Origin: the human T2T-CHM13v2.0 reference genome, Homo sapiens
Strand: one strand, 5' to 3'
DNA length: 64,000 bases
NCBI RefSeq assembly: GCF_009914755.1
Contig: NC_060932.1
Part shown: piece by piece, positions 14,136 through 28,079 of the stretch
Layout of the letters: each line of letters opens with the position of its first letter
How positions within the stretch are numbered: position 1 is the stretch's first letter
The notes under the pieces: model-generated
Databases searched by the model: none
The model's input: the letters and a program-made list of their open reading frames with translations, nothing else
What the model was told of the DNA's origin: nothing
Program-made: the position numbers and the translations under genes

Positions 14136-14850
14136 AACTGGAAAAACAGATACAGCAATATATAAAAATATTATATACCATGACAAAGTGGAATTTTTAT
14201 CATGAATGCAGTTTTGTAATTTTTTAAAATACAGCAACATATAAAAATATATTAGGTACCATATAAAAATATATTAGGTACCATAGAAAAGGGCAATTTT
14301 TTCTTATGTTTGCAAGGCTTTGTTTCCTATTTTATTGTATGTAATACACCATACAAAGGACAAAGGGCAAAACCACATAATCATCTTAATAAACAGAGAA
14401 GAAGTATGACAAATCCAACATCCTTTCAGGATTGAAACACTCAACAAACTAGGAATTGAAGGTAACAAAAGAATAAAAAAGAAAAAGGAATTGAAAGTGA
14501 CAAAAGTAAAATGTCTGCTCTTGCCTCTTCTATTCAACATTGTGTTACACATTCCAGCCAAAGAAATTAGGCAAGGAAAAAAGACATTTGGATTAAAAAA
14601 AAAAAAAGGCAGGAAGGAAGGAAAAAAGGAAGGAAGGAAGAAACGATCTCTATTTGCAGATGCCGTTACCTTATATGCAGAAAATTCTCAGTAATTTGGT
14701 CAGAAAAAGCTATTTGAAATAATAATAAAGTTAAGCACGGTTTCAGGATAAAAGATCACTGTAAGAAATATTTCTATAAAGTAGCAACGAACAATGGAAT
14801 CATGAAAAACTTCCATTTGGAATAGCATAAAAATAACAGCGTAAAATAAC

Positions 14851-15393
14851 AGTCAGGGTTCTCTAGAGGGACAGAACTAATAGGATATAAGTATGTATGA
14901 AGGGGAGTTTATTAAGGAGTATTGACTTACATGATCACAAGATAAAATCCCGCAATAGGCTGCCAGCAAGCTGAGGAGCCAGGAAGCCAGTTTTAGTCTC
15001 AAAACCTCAAAAGGAGAGAAGTCGATGGTGCAGCCTTCAGTCTGTGGCCAAAGGCCTGAGAGCCCCTGGCAAACCACTGGTGTAAGTCCAAGAGTCCAAA
15101 AGCTAAAGAACTTGGAGTTTGATGTTCAAGGGCAGGAAGCATCCAGCACAGGAGAAAGATGAAAGCCGGAAGACTCAGCAAGTCTGCTCTTCCATCTTCT
15201 CCTACCTGCTTTATTCTAGCCATGCTGGCAGCTGACTAGAATGGTGCCCACCCAGATTGAGGGTGGGTCTGCCTCTCCCAGGCCACTAACTCAAATGTTA
15301 ATCTCCTTTGGCAGCACCCTCACAGACACTTCCAGGAACAATATTTTGCATCCTTCAATCCAATCAAGTTGACACTCAATATTAACCATCACA
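14851..15393 (-). mobile_element. MLT2A2-like solo LTR (HERV-L)
   Basis: agtcagggttctctagagggacagaactaatagg...gacactcaatattaaccatcaca. Confidence 0.9.
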
Positions 15394-15604
15394 AATAGTT
15401 AGGAATACATTGAACACAAAAAGTGTGAGAGTTTCATACTGAAAACTCTAAAACATTGTTGAGAAAATGTAGAGGAGATCTAAAGAAATGAAAAAGACAT
15501 TCATACTTCCTGGGTAAGAAGGCAACATTGTTAAAGTGGCAGCACTCCAGAAATTATTCTACAGATTCAACAACATCCTTGTCAAAATCACAGTCTGCTT
15601 TTAG

Positions 15605-15960
15605 TTTTGTTTTCTAAATTATTTATTATTTATTGGTTTGCTTGTTTATTTATTTTTATTTTATCTTAGTTTCTTGAGTCGACGTCTTGCTCTGTCACCC
15701 AGACTGGAATGTAGTGACACAATTATGGCTCACTGCAGCCTCAAACTTCTAGGTGGTAGTGATCTTCCCACTTCAGCCTCTGAAGTGGCTGAGACTACAG
15801 GTACATGCCATCATTTGTGGATAACATTTTTTAAATTTTTAATGGAGCTGGGGGGTCTCAATGTGTTGCCCAGGCTGGTCTTGAACTTTTAGCCTCACCT
15901 GATCTTCCCACCTTGGACTTCCAAACTGCTGAGACTACAGACACGATCCAGCTCCCAGCC
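15605..15960 (-). mobile_element. AluJ
   Basis: Diverged two-arm Alu with a decayed T-rich tail. TSD tgctttta on both sides. Confidence 0.85.
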
Positions 15961-18761
15961 TGCTTTTAATAGAGACTGACAGGCTTAAAATTAAAATTTC
16001 ATGTGGAAATTCAAGTCGCTAATAATAGCCAAAACAGTCTTAGAAAAAGGAAACTACTTTGGAGGATTCACATTCCCTAATTTTAAAATTTACTACAGAA
16101 AAAAGACAGGATGGTAGAAGAATATGAACAGACATACAGATTAATGGAATATATTTCAGTTCAAAAATGTGCCCTTACACTTATGGTCGGTTGATTTTTG
16201 ACAATGGTGTCAAGATAACTCAATAAAACAACATAATTCTTAGAATAAATGGTGCTGGGACAAGAGGACATCCACATACAATAGAATTAACTCGGACTCC
16301 CTACCTCACATCATGTACAGAAACTAACTAAAAATTAATCACAGACCAAGGTGGAAGTGCTAAAAATATAAAACTCTCAGTATAAAACAGAATAAATCTT
16401 CACGGCCTTGGCTTTAGCAGTGGTTTATTAGATATGATGCTGAAAGCATAAGTGGAAAAAGAAAAAATGAGTAGATTAGACACATCAGAATTAAAAATGT
16501 TTGTACTTTAAACAATACCATTAAGAGAGTGAAAAGAAAACCCACATGATGAGATGAAATATTTACAAATCACATATTTGATAAGGGTCTTATATCCTGA
16601 ATAAGAAAAGAGCCCTTAGAAATCAATAATATAAGAATAAATGACCTAATTAAAAATAAGCAAAGAATCTGAATAGACATTTCTCCACAGAAGATATACA
16701 AATAACAAATAGACACATGAAAAAATGATGAACATCATAAGTCATGGGGAAATGCAAATCAAAATCACAGTGAGATTCCCCTTCAAATCTACAAGACTGG
16801 TAATTTTTAAAAGATAGTTAATTACAAGTGTTGGTGAGGACTGAGGATAGAAACTGGAACACTTATACATTGCTGGTGGCCATGTAAAATAGTGCAGTTA
16901 CTTAGAAAACACATTAGCAACACCTCAAAATCTTAAAAATAGAGTTAGCATTAGCGTATAATCTAACAGTTCTACAAATTCTACATATATACCTGAGAAA
17001 AAATTAAAAACACAGTTTTGCAAAAAAACTTGTACATAAATGTTCATAGAAGTGTTATTTAATAATAACTCCTAAATGGAAAAACACTAATGTCTATCAA
17101 CTGATACACAGATAAATAAAATATAATATAATCAAATTATAAAAAGGAATAAAGTACTGATATATGCTACAGTATGGATAAACCTTGAAAATGTTACACT
17201 AACTGAACGAAGTCAGTCACAATATACCCTATGTTGTGTGATTCCAATTACATGGAGTATCCACTATGGCAAATCTTAGAGAGACAGAAAGTAGGTCTGT
17301 TGTTGCTTAGAGCTGGTCTTGGAGTCAGAATGAGAATTGACGCCTAATGAGGTTGCTTTCGGGAGAGATAGTTGTTTTTTTTTTTTTTAATTAGATTGTG
17401 GTTATGAATACATAACTCTGTAAATATACTAAAATCCATATAAATTGCACACTTAAAATTAGGAATTTTTACAGCATGTGAATTATATCTATGTAAACCC
17501 ATTAATAAAAATATTACTTGCTTTAGGAATAGTATAAGAAACAAATATATTTAGTGATAAAAATATGCTCAAAAACGAAGTATTTTTTATTATCTTTCCT
17601 TTTGTATTATTCATACTAGTATTCTTCTCTACTAATCTATTGAGTAGTTATAAGACAATCAATACTTAAAAATAAAACAAATACTATGTAATCATTTGGA
17701 GTCTAGGTTCAGTTACTTGTTCTTGCCCTAAATAAACTACCTCCTGTATTAATGCCTTAAGTATTGTACTTTTCAGAAAACGTCATTAATAATGTATTAA
17801 CATTACTGATGAATATCTTGGCAACAGTCGGGTTTTTGTACTAGTCAAATGCTGCAAATACTTTTTGAGTTTGTTTTTTATGTGGGTAATGTATATATGC
17901 AACTTCCACTAATTGTATAAAACTACCAGATCCTCATAGGTGAAATCAGCTATCTTTAGGGTCCTGGTGAGTTTCCTATCTATGCCTAGGCCATTTTCCA
18001 GGTTACCAACAGTGATAAGATATTAAAAGTGAAGTTACTGAGAGCAGTGAATAAACCACCCATTATGGTGGTTTATATATGGTGGTGTATATATAATATA
18101 CACTTCATTTTAAGTTTCAACCCTTAATCAATTAATGCTTATGAAGTTGTCAAAATTCCCTTCAAAGTAAAATACCTAGGAGATATTGTTAGCCAGTATA
18201 TAACTATGATTACTGATATGTTTTCTACCCTGATAAACATTATTTTTAAAAATATAGACTATAGTTTTCTATATAGATATATAAGTACAGAAATCATTGA
18301 TATTATAATGCCTCAGTTAGCCAAGGAAACAATGGGTAAATTATTATTGCAATAAGTTAAATATAATTCTTGATATTCAAAAGAATTTTTTTCTTTAATG
18401 ACTTGGAATATTTTCTAAAGTGTAGTAATTAACCCTCTGTCTTTGGAACATAATTCTGAATCTTCTGAAATTACTTTGTTACTCTTTGACACATTGCAAA
18501 TTTGTTATAATAAATGTATATTTTAATTTTGAGAAATAGAGATAGATCATGCAATTCTTGGCCTCTACTCATTAAACAGAGGTAGTGAATAAAGGTGAAA
18601 TATATATTAAAAAATTATATTTTGTAAAAGTAAAAAAATCTAAATATGAGAACCAAAATTATTATTTTGAACAAATTATCTGTTTTGTTTTTTGACTTGA
18701 AAAAATAATACAATGCAACCACAAGGGCTCTTGTCATTGTTCTCCTTCTGCTCCTATCTAG

Positions 18762-19065
18762 GAGCAAGAAGACAGAAAACCTGGAAAAGCTACTGCCTTA
18801 ATTCCAGCAGTCAAGCAACAGCAAAGGACTGGTTCATTTCTGACCAAGAAAGAGCTGGCAGATGAGAAAGGCTACCAACAACAGGGCTAATTTGTTACTA
18901 TTTGTGTGACTTATTCTGGCAGGAATCTGGCTTAAGATTCAGAACCTGAGCCAATCACTGGAATGAGCTGTCTACTAAAATGAATGTAAGTATTGACATC
19001 TTCTTTCAAAATGAGACATGAAAAGTAAGAGAAAACAATCTCAAATAAACTGTTTTCTTAATTGT
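18762..19065 (+). other. Candidate terminal exon C (alternative donor at 18985)
   Basis: Strong polypyrimidine acceptor ttgttctccttctgctcctatctag|. AATAAA at 19044-19049; alternative AAT|gtaagt at 18986. Phase-0 frame is open for 42 codons to TAA 18888-18890. Confidence 0.5.
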
Positions 19066-19869
19066 ACAAATAATCTATACATTTATGCTAGGAATTTTTC
19101 TTTAAAATGTCTCTTCTCAAACGTTATTTATTATTAGATTTTACAATCCCACAAAATAAAATTACATCTAGATAAATACACCTAAACAGTATAATTAATG
19201 CCTATCAAAATATTCAGTATGAGTATTTTCATGTAATTGATAATTATTTTGACAAGTGTACTCATGTTGATATAATTTTCTTTGTTTAGTGAAATTCTGA
19301 GTATACTTTTGTTTTCTACTTTTATGTTTGCAAAAGTATTGAATAAAGATGTATTTTTATAAAAAAAAATCAACTTTACTGTTGCCAAGGTTTTTATTCT
19401 CCAGCTTCTTAAATGTAATCTTTTTTTCTCTCTCTTGTTCTGCTTTCATATATGTATATGTATTATATATGTTCATCTGAAAGTTTTTAAAACTTCAAAT
19501 GAAAGATACTGGGTAAATAAAAATTATTATTACAGAGATAAATTTCTCATATTTTGAACTGCATCTTTTGCCCCCAAATTATTTAAAGAACAGCTAATAA
19601 AAAGCTTCTCAAAAACTTTTTAGTGCCTCAACTTAATGAAATTGCTACAACCCCAGCTAGGAATGTAATTCTAAACATAATTTTGTCAGAATAATCCTGA
19701 GTAACTATTGTTTAAATGGAAATATCCATATTATTGGTTAGTAGGTTCTCTAAGACTGACACCTGTACATAGTTTATGTATCAGATGGTTCTTCAATAAT
19801 TTCTGCATCTCCTCCATTGCATCTATCAAGTAATAATAAATAACAATAATAATAATAACAACTACAACA

Positions 19870-20105
19870 ATAGCAGCAAAACCCTTCCTATGTGTCAGGC
19901 ATTGTTCAAAATGCTTTACATTAATTAAGTCATTTAATCATCAAGATGATCCTATAAAATATAGTAACCCCAATTTATGGATGAGGAAACTGGACAAAAA
20001 AGTTTGAAAAACTTCCCGAAGTCACGTAACATGTTAACTGATGGGGCGAGGATTGACTCCTAGAATAATATTTTCAAGCTAAGCTTTTAGCCACTGTGTG
20101 CTACT
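19870..20105 (-). mobile_element. MIR
   Basis: ctatgtgtcaggcattgttc...catttaatc...atgaggaaactgg...gaagtcac core. Confidence 0.75.
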
Positions 20106-20659
20106 TTGTGTCTTCCTATAACACACACACACCTACACACACACATGCATTTGCACATACAAACACATATATGGCTTTATTTAAATTTTCTTTAAACTCC
20201 ATCCTTCTCCTACACTAATAACAATACAATATTTTATTTTGTTTCAAGTAATATTCCATAGAGCCCCTGGTGTACCACAAACCTCAGTGCAATAAGGCCA
20301 TAAAATTGAATTTGTTGAACTACGAGTTGTCCCTCGTGGTCTTATGCTGATTTGGGGTGAAAGACAGTGCCTATAAAGACTATAATAAGGAAGCCTTCAA
20401 TCAGCTCAGTAGGTAGAAAGATTGCCACAAATACCTTAGGAGGTACTTTATTATGATGCTCATTTTATTAAAGTAAATTAATTCACCCAAATAATAACTC
20501 TCAAGGACAAGATCACTCCCAGGCATGATAACACTAGAATTCTTACTCTTCACCATTATGATGTCAAGACAATAGTCAAGTCTTGGGATAAAAATTCATG
20601 TCTTCATGGCATCCGCATTTTGACAGTAGCTGAAACCAAAGGAAAATATAAAGTTGCCC

Positions 20660-21246
20660 AAAGAAAGCAGGAAAGTTAAAAACAATGAGCTGGACTCACA
20701 AAACATAAGCATGAAACATATAGGCGGAAAAAGAGGTGAAGAAAATGTGAAAGGTAGGATAAATACTAGCTATGGGTGCTTCAAGGGTGGCTCAGAGTGA
20801 AAAAGTCAGCCAGTTTCAGTTTCAGAAAGGAAGGGGAGGAGCCATCAAATGAAATAGCGTTTCACTAAGGAAAAAAGTCTTGAATCAAATGAAAGCATCT
20901 ACGGAATTTAGGATAGTTTCAGCAAAGTGGTAGGCTTGGAAAACATATTTAAGTAGTAGAGGCTGGGCACAGTGGTTCATGCCTGTTATCCTCGCATTTT
21001 GGGAGGCTGAGGTGGGTAGATTGCCTGAGCCCAGGAGTTCGAGACCAGCCTGGGCAACACAGTGAGACCCTGTCTCTTAAAAAAATATATAAAAATTAGG
21101 CGGGCCTGATGGTGCGCACCTGTGGTCCCAGATACATGAGACGCTGAGGTGAAGGATTGCATGATCATGGGAAGTCAAGGGTGCAGTGAGCCGTGATTGC
21201 GCAATTGCACTCCAGCCTGGGAGACAGTGAGACCCTGTCTCAAAAC

Positions 21247-21289
<43 letters not shown>

Positions 21290-21560
21290 AATAAGAAGAG
21301 GTAGAGGTTGTTGAGGGAATTGGATGTAAGAAAGTGGAGATAGCAGACATAAAATCTTTAGGTTTTTTGTTTGTTGTTTGTTTTAAATAAACTTGCCTTA
21401 AGGAAAAAAATAGCTATTTTCAATTGTAAGACAAGGTCAAAGTTGATTTTTTTCCTCCTTTGAGTTGACAGAAAATTAAGAAAGTTTACAGCGAAAGGAA
21501 AAATGCTCTAGTCAAGAGAAAGAGGAAAATAGAGGTGACAGTAAAAAGAGGGAACACTTA
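20660..21560 (-). mobile_element. L2 remnant, interrupted by AluJ
   Basis: Purine-rich L2 antisense text (gtttcagcaaagtggtagg...aagtggagatagcagac). Boundaries approximate. Confidence 0.45.
20961..21293 (+). mobile_element. AluJ with (TAAA)n tail
   Basis: J diagnostics ttgcctgagcccaggagttcgagaccagcctgggcaac. (TAAA)n microsatellite at about 21247-21290. Confidence 0.9.
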
Positions 21561-22499
21561 CTAGAGGAAATTATTGGAAGACATAACAAAAATAAAATTA
21601 AGATTTTATTTTAGGAAACTTCACTCTCGGATATTGATGGGGAAGCTTGACACAGGTGAATGCTCCCACTGAGAACAATTAGAAAAGGGAAGTAAAATAC
21701 CAAAAACTGTTTGGAGGAATTGGAGAGTTTACACTGTACTCATAACTTAAAAAGCCAGACCCTGGAGGAAAGGGAGCTTATGTAGGAGAACCTAAGTTTA
21801 TGCAAGCCACATTTCCCCTTAAGCATTTGCCCACTGGGGGTTGAGGGAAAGGCTGAGAACCAAGACAGAAGGCAGATGTTAACGAGAAGAGGAACCACCA
21901 AACTCCCGGCCATCCCATGGAGGAGACAGAACAAAATATTGGAGTTGATGGGTCAAGATGACCAGCGGGGTAAGGGGCCAAAATCTCAGAGAGGAGGGAA
22001 GCACAGAGATGTGAAAGTGATATTTAGCACCTTCTGTCCTGTTAACACATTGTCTACATTAATCTGTGTGGTAGACTGTATGATGATAATCTCCTTAGTG
22101 AAGGAGAATAAAAAACAAAGCAAAAAGGAACTGCAAAGCACAGTGCAGTTGTTGGCAGTATTGCCGTTCTAGAAGACAAAATGGAATCAAGGAATCGAAA
22201 AGAAGGAAGACTCTAGGAATCATCCCAAGCTCTCAGTTATTTCCCTCCAGGTACTACACCCTAGGAGTGTGGGTAAACCAGAGAAAGACTGCACCTTACA
22301 CAGACCATAAACAAGCCATGATTCACTTCAGTCCCTAAGAGATTTGAGGTTATCCAATTTTCTGTTCCCTGCACAAACTACCAGAGCACAGGATACAGCC
22401 TGTATGAAGGGAGAGAACATTATCTGTAGAATTCTTAGTTTTTTGTATAAAATTCTGAGCAGTCATTCAAAAATGTTTAAGCATGCTAAAACAAAGAAA

Positions 22500-23014
22500 G
22501 TAGAAAAGCAGACAGCAGAAACAAACCTGCAGGTGACCAATATCAGAATGGGTGAAAACAAATACTGCAGTTACAAATTGTATAACCCAATTAAAAAAAA
22601 AAAAACAGCATACCAATGGAAAAATGGGCAAAACTTGATATCCCACAACAGAAATTTCCAAAAGCTTCCTATATTATATGCTTCCAAAAGCATATTATAC
22701 TGTATGCATCTTTATTAGTTGTCTGGGAAATGCAAATTAGAATCTCAGGCAGACTCTACTAGAGACCTACCAGAATAGTTAAAAACAGAATGACTGATAA
22801 ATTAAGGGTTAATAAACAGATGTTGTCACTGGGATCCTCATACATGGTTGGTAGTAATGAAAACTGTTCACCTACTTGGAAAACTCCTTGTAAATATCTG
22901 CTAAAATACACACATACCCATTTATACGAAATTCAAAAACTGACCAAAGTTATCTAAGCTGTTACAAGTCAATCTGTGATGGGTAGTGACCAGATAGGAA
23001 CACAGGAAGGACTT
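22500..23014 (+). mobile_element. L1ME-type 3' remnant (resumes at ~26810 after the ERVL insertion)
   Basis: gggaaatgcaaattag...gggtagtgacc on the left and gtgttctattttataatctgggtggttgttacac on the right of the provirus. Confidence 0.5.
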
Positions 23015-24129
23015 ACAGAATACTCTTTTTGAAGTTCATCCCTATTCCCCAAATCACATTCTCTCAAGCCTACCTTTTTGTGTTAGCCACTGCTGCAGCA
23101 TTGAGCTGAACATAGGTGTCCTTCAGCTACGTTCTTCATGACTTGGATTCTGTGTCTCTTACCTTCTATCTGGAGCTTCTCTGCAGCTGTCACATTCTGT
23201 AACTGTAGGAATGTTCTCAAACATACCAGAAATTATGTAAATATATAAATACAAGGTAGTCACTACATTCTATTGCTTTGGTCAATATCAGGCAGGAAAA
23301 AATTGTTGATATTACCCTTTTCTTGGTTTCTTGTAGGCAGTTCTGAGATTTGCTCTGCACTGCTTTTCAGGGATCTCCAGCTACATGGAGCCCCAAGTAC
23401 CCACAACACACACTAGCTCAATATGCACTCTTGGATTGGATTTTCCTTCTTATGGGTTTTTCTAATCTTAAAACCTTCGATTATGTTCCCTCTAATTACT
23501 TCCTACTTTTAACTACTTGTCAACAATCCCTTGATTCAGGCTTTGCTTTTTGAGGAAACCCAATCCAAACATGTTGGTAATCTCAGATTCTGGAATAAGA
23601 CCACTTATTGATCAGAAGAGAATCTGATCTTATTGCAGGTGAAATTAGAATATTGATAATCCCTCAATGTGTAATAAATTATGGTTACTAAAACCTGATC
23701 AATGGTTGATTATACTGAGGTACAGATGAAAAATGAAGCATTTGTTGAAGCCCTAGTAGACACTTGAATGTTATAGTGTCTGTGATAATTACCTGGTTTT
23801 ATTTAAAAATTTAGAATCCTTGAAGAAGACAGAAGCAGAATCAGATTAACCATCAACTCACCTCACCCTGAGAAAGCCAAAGATCTTCCATGGTAGCATT
23901 TAGAGACTCATCTCCTGCAGCTAAAAGATGGAGTGTGCTACAAATTAGTCTAGAATATAATTATGAGAGGAGCCAAGGTACAAGTAGAAAAAATGCCACA
24001 CCTCCTCCCACCGCCAAGTCTCCTCTGGCAACATTAAGGAGTTGATAAGATCCCTCCTAGCATAGGCTAGGTGATAGGGCTTAAATGACAGAGGCAAAAA
24101 GGATACAATTCTAAACAAAGTGATATAAA

Positions 24130-24494
24130 TATTATTGTGTGAATGCCTATATCCTCTCCAAATTCATATGCTGAAGTCCTAACCCCCACAGTAACGGTAT
24201 TAGGAAGTGGAGTCTTGGAAGGTGATTAGATTATGAGGCTATGGCCTTCATGATTGGGATTACTGCTCTTATAAAAGAGACCGCAGAGAACTAGCTCACC
24301 TCTTCCATGATGTGAGAACACCATGAGAAGGTGACATCTATGAACCAGGAAAAAGGCCCTCACCAGACACCAAGTGCTCTTGTTTTTCGACCTTAGACTT
24401 CCCAGCCTCCAGAACCATGAGAAATAATTTTTTGTTATTTTAAGCCACTCAGCTTATAGTATTTTTGCTATAGCATTCTGAACAAACTAAGACA
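24130..24494 (+). mobile_element. MLT1A-type MaLR solo LTR inside the ERVL
   Basis: aaattcatatgctgaagtcctaacccc...gacttcccagcctccagaac...actaagaca. Confidence 0.85.
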
Positions 24495-25683
24495 AGCAAG
24501 AAGAGAGACAAATAAGAAAGCAAATAGGATGTTGTTTGGCTTAACCAGAGAAAACTAACAACAGCTTAAAAGCAAAGGATTGAATTCAGCTGTAACAATA
24601 GAATAATGCAACTTTTCCTAAAATTTCCAGATCTAAGCCAGTACTTTGACTAGAGACCTACAATGAAACAGCAAGGGCAGTTCATTTGGGGAAAGGTCTT
24701 AAATACCACTGCATGTATATACAATAAATACTACCCCAATATTTTGCCAAAAGGAGCTGAAGCCATTCACCAGAAGAGAGAGGAGCAAAAAACAAAAATA
24801 AAAGCAAAGCAAAACAAAACAAAAAAGTGCCATTCACCATTGTGTCAAATCAATGTGCAGGGAAGCACTCGATAGTTTTACAGGATGATTTTTCCTGCAG
24901 CTGATTAGAGTGTTGCCTCAAGCTAGTGATTCTATGCACATACAATGGGCTTTTCAATAAAGTACTCATGATGACAGAATGGAGCCTATTATTGGTTCAA
25001 AATTATAGACTCCATCTAACTAAGGTGAATCTAAATACTGCTACTGATGGAGGGCCAAGCTATTGATAGCAGAAACCAATACTTAGCCTTTGAAATTGCA
25101 CTATTCCTCAAGAGGATGAGCAAGTTTCCCAGTGGCACATTGATTAGATTGGATCACTTCTAGTCTGAAGTGGGTAAAATTTTGTCCTTACTAAAAGTGA
25201 TATCTGTCCTGGAAATGAGCTTGCCCTCCCTGCTCAAAATACCTCTGCCAATACCACCATCTGAGGGTCTAGAGAAGGCTTGATTTACTTTCATGAGTCC
25301 CGGAATAAGATCTCCTCAAACAAGGAATTTTTTTTTAATCATGGAAGTATGGCAATGGGCAACTAAACCAAAAGTCTCAGTGCTCCTCTCAGATATAGCT
25401 TCGCTCAGAAACAGGCAGCCTGGTAGAGAGATGGAATGTAAAGTCTTATTAAATGCTCAGCTGAAGTGTCAAGTAGGGGGCTTTGGTGCTGTCCTTCAGG
25501 ATGTAATATATGTACTAAACCAGTGACCGAATACTATACAGAATCAGTAGTACCTAAAATACATGGATTTTTATACCAAGGCTTAGACATAGAATCAGCA
25601 CTTGTAACTATCAAATGGTTGAGGAATTTCTACTTCATTTGTCCACAATTACGCTGGATTAGAAGTGTTTGCATCCTTGCATC

Positions 25684-25730
25684 TGTGTGTGTGTGTGTGT
25701 GTATGTGTGTGTGTGTCTATGTGTGCGTGT
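25684..25730. repeat. Interrupted (TG)n microsatellite
   Basis: Directly visible. Confidence 0.95.
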
Positions 25731-27089
25731 TGGGATGAGCAGTACTTCCCTACAGGTAAACAGTAAGGGTTCAGTGAACCCAAAGCTGTGATTACCCATA
25801 ACGATGTTCGAGTTCTCATGCTGATTGACTGGTAAGAAATAAATGAAGTTACTATATTGGTAGGATTGATCGACACTGATTTATATGAGTGTTAAAGCAA
25901 GATACCACACAATAGAGACAGAAAGGATGATATCTAGACCCCAGAATAATCACAGGTTTATCTCTTGGTGCTATGTCCAGTTACAACTGTAAATGGGAAA
26001 TCATTCCAATTATGGCTCAATTAAGGCAAAAGCAACCAAGGACTCTGATCCCTTATACTGTTCACCTTACTGGATACGACGAGAAAAATCTAAATGAGTG
26101 AGAGATAATAGACATCATAAGCAGAACAGACAGCCCCAGATCAGTTATAGTTGGTGAGTCTGTAAATTATTTTACTGGTCCTTTTGTGTTGAGTCTTTTG
26201 GAGAGATTGTAACTATCTGACACTTTGCAGTCTTTTGTGATAGTCCTGATTTAGTTAATGAAAAAGCATGAGTGGATCCAAGATGCAAGGGATGAACTGT
26301 GCTGAACATCCATTGTACCCCATTCTCTTGGCCAAATGTTTACAATTGGTCATTCACAGCAATCAGTTGAGCATAAATATAGCTTGAGAACATATGTCCT
26401 TGATTTTACTGTTTATCTCTTTCTTCCTGCACTGAAAATTCTCTTTTGCTGCACATAGGGCACCTGAAAGAGTCTACTGAGCCATTTAACCAAGTGTACG
26501 AATCTGGAAGTGTGAGGGTGTTAGGACCTCTTGGGCAGTGCAAAGCAGGTGTGTTCAGCAAATCTCTTCTTCCATGTGTACAGCAGACAGACCTTCCCAG
26601 TTGATCAGAGGATTGCCAGTAGGATTGAAGCCTCTTTGCACACAGTGGTAACCAGTTCAATTTTCAACTATTCAATTGGCTTTCTTTCTTTCCTTATTTC
26701 ACTATTCTAAATTCCCCCAGTTTTATTCACTGAAATATTTCAAATTAAACTAGCTATATACAAGTTTTTGTCTCCAGTTCTGCTTTTTAGAAGAACATAA
26801 GCTAAAAGTATGACAGTGTTCTATTTTATAATCTGGGTGGTTGTTACACAGAAGTAAAGCGTAATGAGTGTACTATTCAGCAATAGAAAGTTTATTTTAA
26901 AAACATATACTCCAACTTGGGAGATTCTAAGTAGATTCTAAGACCATGCTATCTCATGAAAACTTCTTACCCTAATAGAAATGATATCCACTTACTCTTA
27001 ATATACCTTTTCTTAGCTCCTTGAAAATGTTCCGTTCCATATCCCTCTTATCTTATACAAGTCTGTATGAGTCCATGAGACTTTTATTT

Positions 27090-27410
27090 TCTCTCTTTTA
27101 AAATTGTCATTAAAAATAATTTTAGACGCGAAAAGATTGCAAAAGTTATTTTCATATACACTGAGCTTCCCCAAATGTTAACTGACATAATCACAGTACA
27201 AATATTAAAATCAGGAAATTAATGTTGATACCGCACTATTATCTAATCTACAGGCCTTATTCAAATTCATCACTTGCTTCACTAATACCGTTTTCCCAGT
27301 CCAGGACCAATTGAGGGTCACATGTTGCATTTACTTGTCATGGTTCCCTTGTCTTCTCTAATCTTAGGCAGATCCTCAATATTTCTGCTTTTTGTGACCT
27401 TGTCATTTTT
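27090..27410 (-). mobile_element. L1MC4/5-like 3' end
   Basis: cataatcacagtaca...aaaatcaggaaattaatgttgatac...tctaatctacag...catgttgcatttacttgtcatg. Confidence 0.65.
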
Positions 27411-27449
27411 GCTTCCATTTTAATACCACCATTTTGCTTTTTTACTTAA

Positions 27450-27790
27450 CCGGACTAGACCAATATAGTTCAGTGTGGCCTTGTAACTGAGCTAAAATCA
27501 GTAACATATAAGGAGATATAATGTGGCTCTCTGCTCTTCCTGGCTCATGAAACTCCCTGCTCATGTTCTCCATACCATTTCCCTACTAGCTGCCTGGATT
27601 GGAGGTAGTCACTTGGTGGGGAAAGGGGGCTGGATGTAGAAGCCATGGAAGAAGGCAGAGCTTCTGTCATCTTGAGGCACTGATGTGAAGAATGGCCAAC
27701 ACAGACCTACTCACTGCAGGTATCATTCATAAGCAAGAAATAATTCTATTATGTTTGAATAATTTTGCATTTGTATCTGACTTATTTAAC
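27450..27790 (+). mobile_element. Degenerate MLT1J-like LTR fragment
   Basis: gaagaaggcagagc...agcaagaaataattctattatgttt. Weak match. Confidence 0.35.
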
Positions 27791-28079
27791 TAGTTGTTTG
27801 GGGGTCCAGACTACCATAACTAGTTCACAGAGAAAAAGTGGATTTGAGAGTTAGGGAAAGTGCTTAAAATAAGCAATGGGTTTCCAGATTGGGGGCAGGG
27901 GGAGTTGATGAGGGTAGAGAACCGTGATATGGAGATGAGGATGCAGGAAAGTGCAGGTGACTAAAGGGATGCATGGGCTTTCTGAAGAATGACTACAATT
28001 AAGTGAATACACAGTGCAGTGTCAATTAATTAACAGAGACCCCACAGCTAGTCAGATTCATTTTCAAGCACTACAGACT

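Larger units (their letters stand above)
14140..17500 (+). mobile_element. L1MB7-like ORF2 and 3'UTR, interrupted by MLT2A and AluJ
   Basis: Decayed RT motifs ([20 protein letters not shown]). 3'UTR tagattgtggttatg...aattgcacacttaaa...gtgaattatatct. Confidence 0.7.
23015..26808 (+). mobile_element. Ancient ERVL provirus remnant: LTR33-like LTRs (23015-23571, 26298-26808) with deleted gag/integrase/dUTPase internal region
   Basis: Both ends finish in ERVL-type LTR termini (caggctttgctttttgaggaaacccaatccaaaca; ttctgctttttagaagaacataagctaaaa). 25030-26060 follows the order of HERV-L integrase and dUTPase text. Purine tract gcaagggatgaac precedes the 3' LTR. Confidence 0.7.

Noticed and set aside
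18051-18076. 10-bp perfect inverted repeat ATAAACCACC-cattat-GGTGGTTTAT
   Set aside because: Short stem in AT-rich DNA with no supporting context.
25293-25738. ORFs of 77 and 90 aa
   Set aside because: They lie in decayed ERVL integrase sequence and run into a (TG)n tract.
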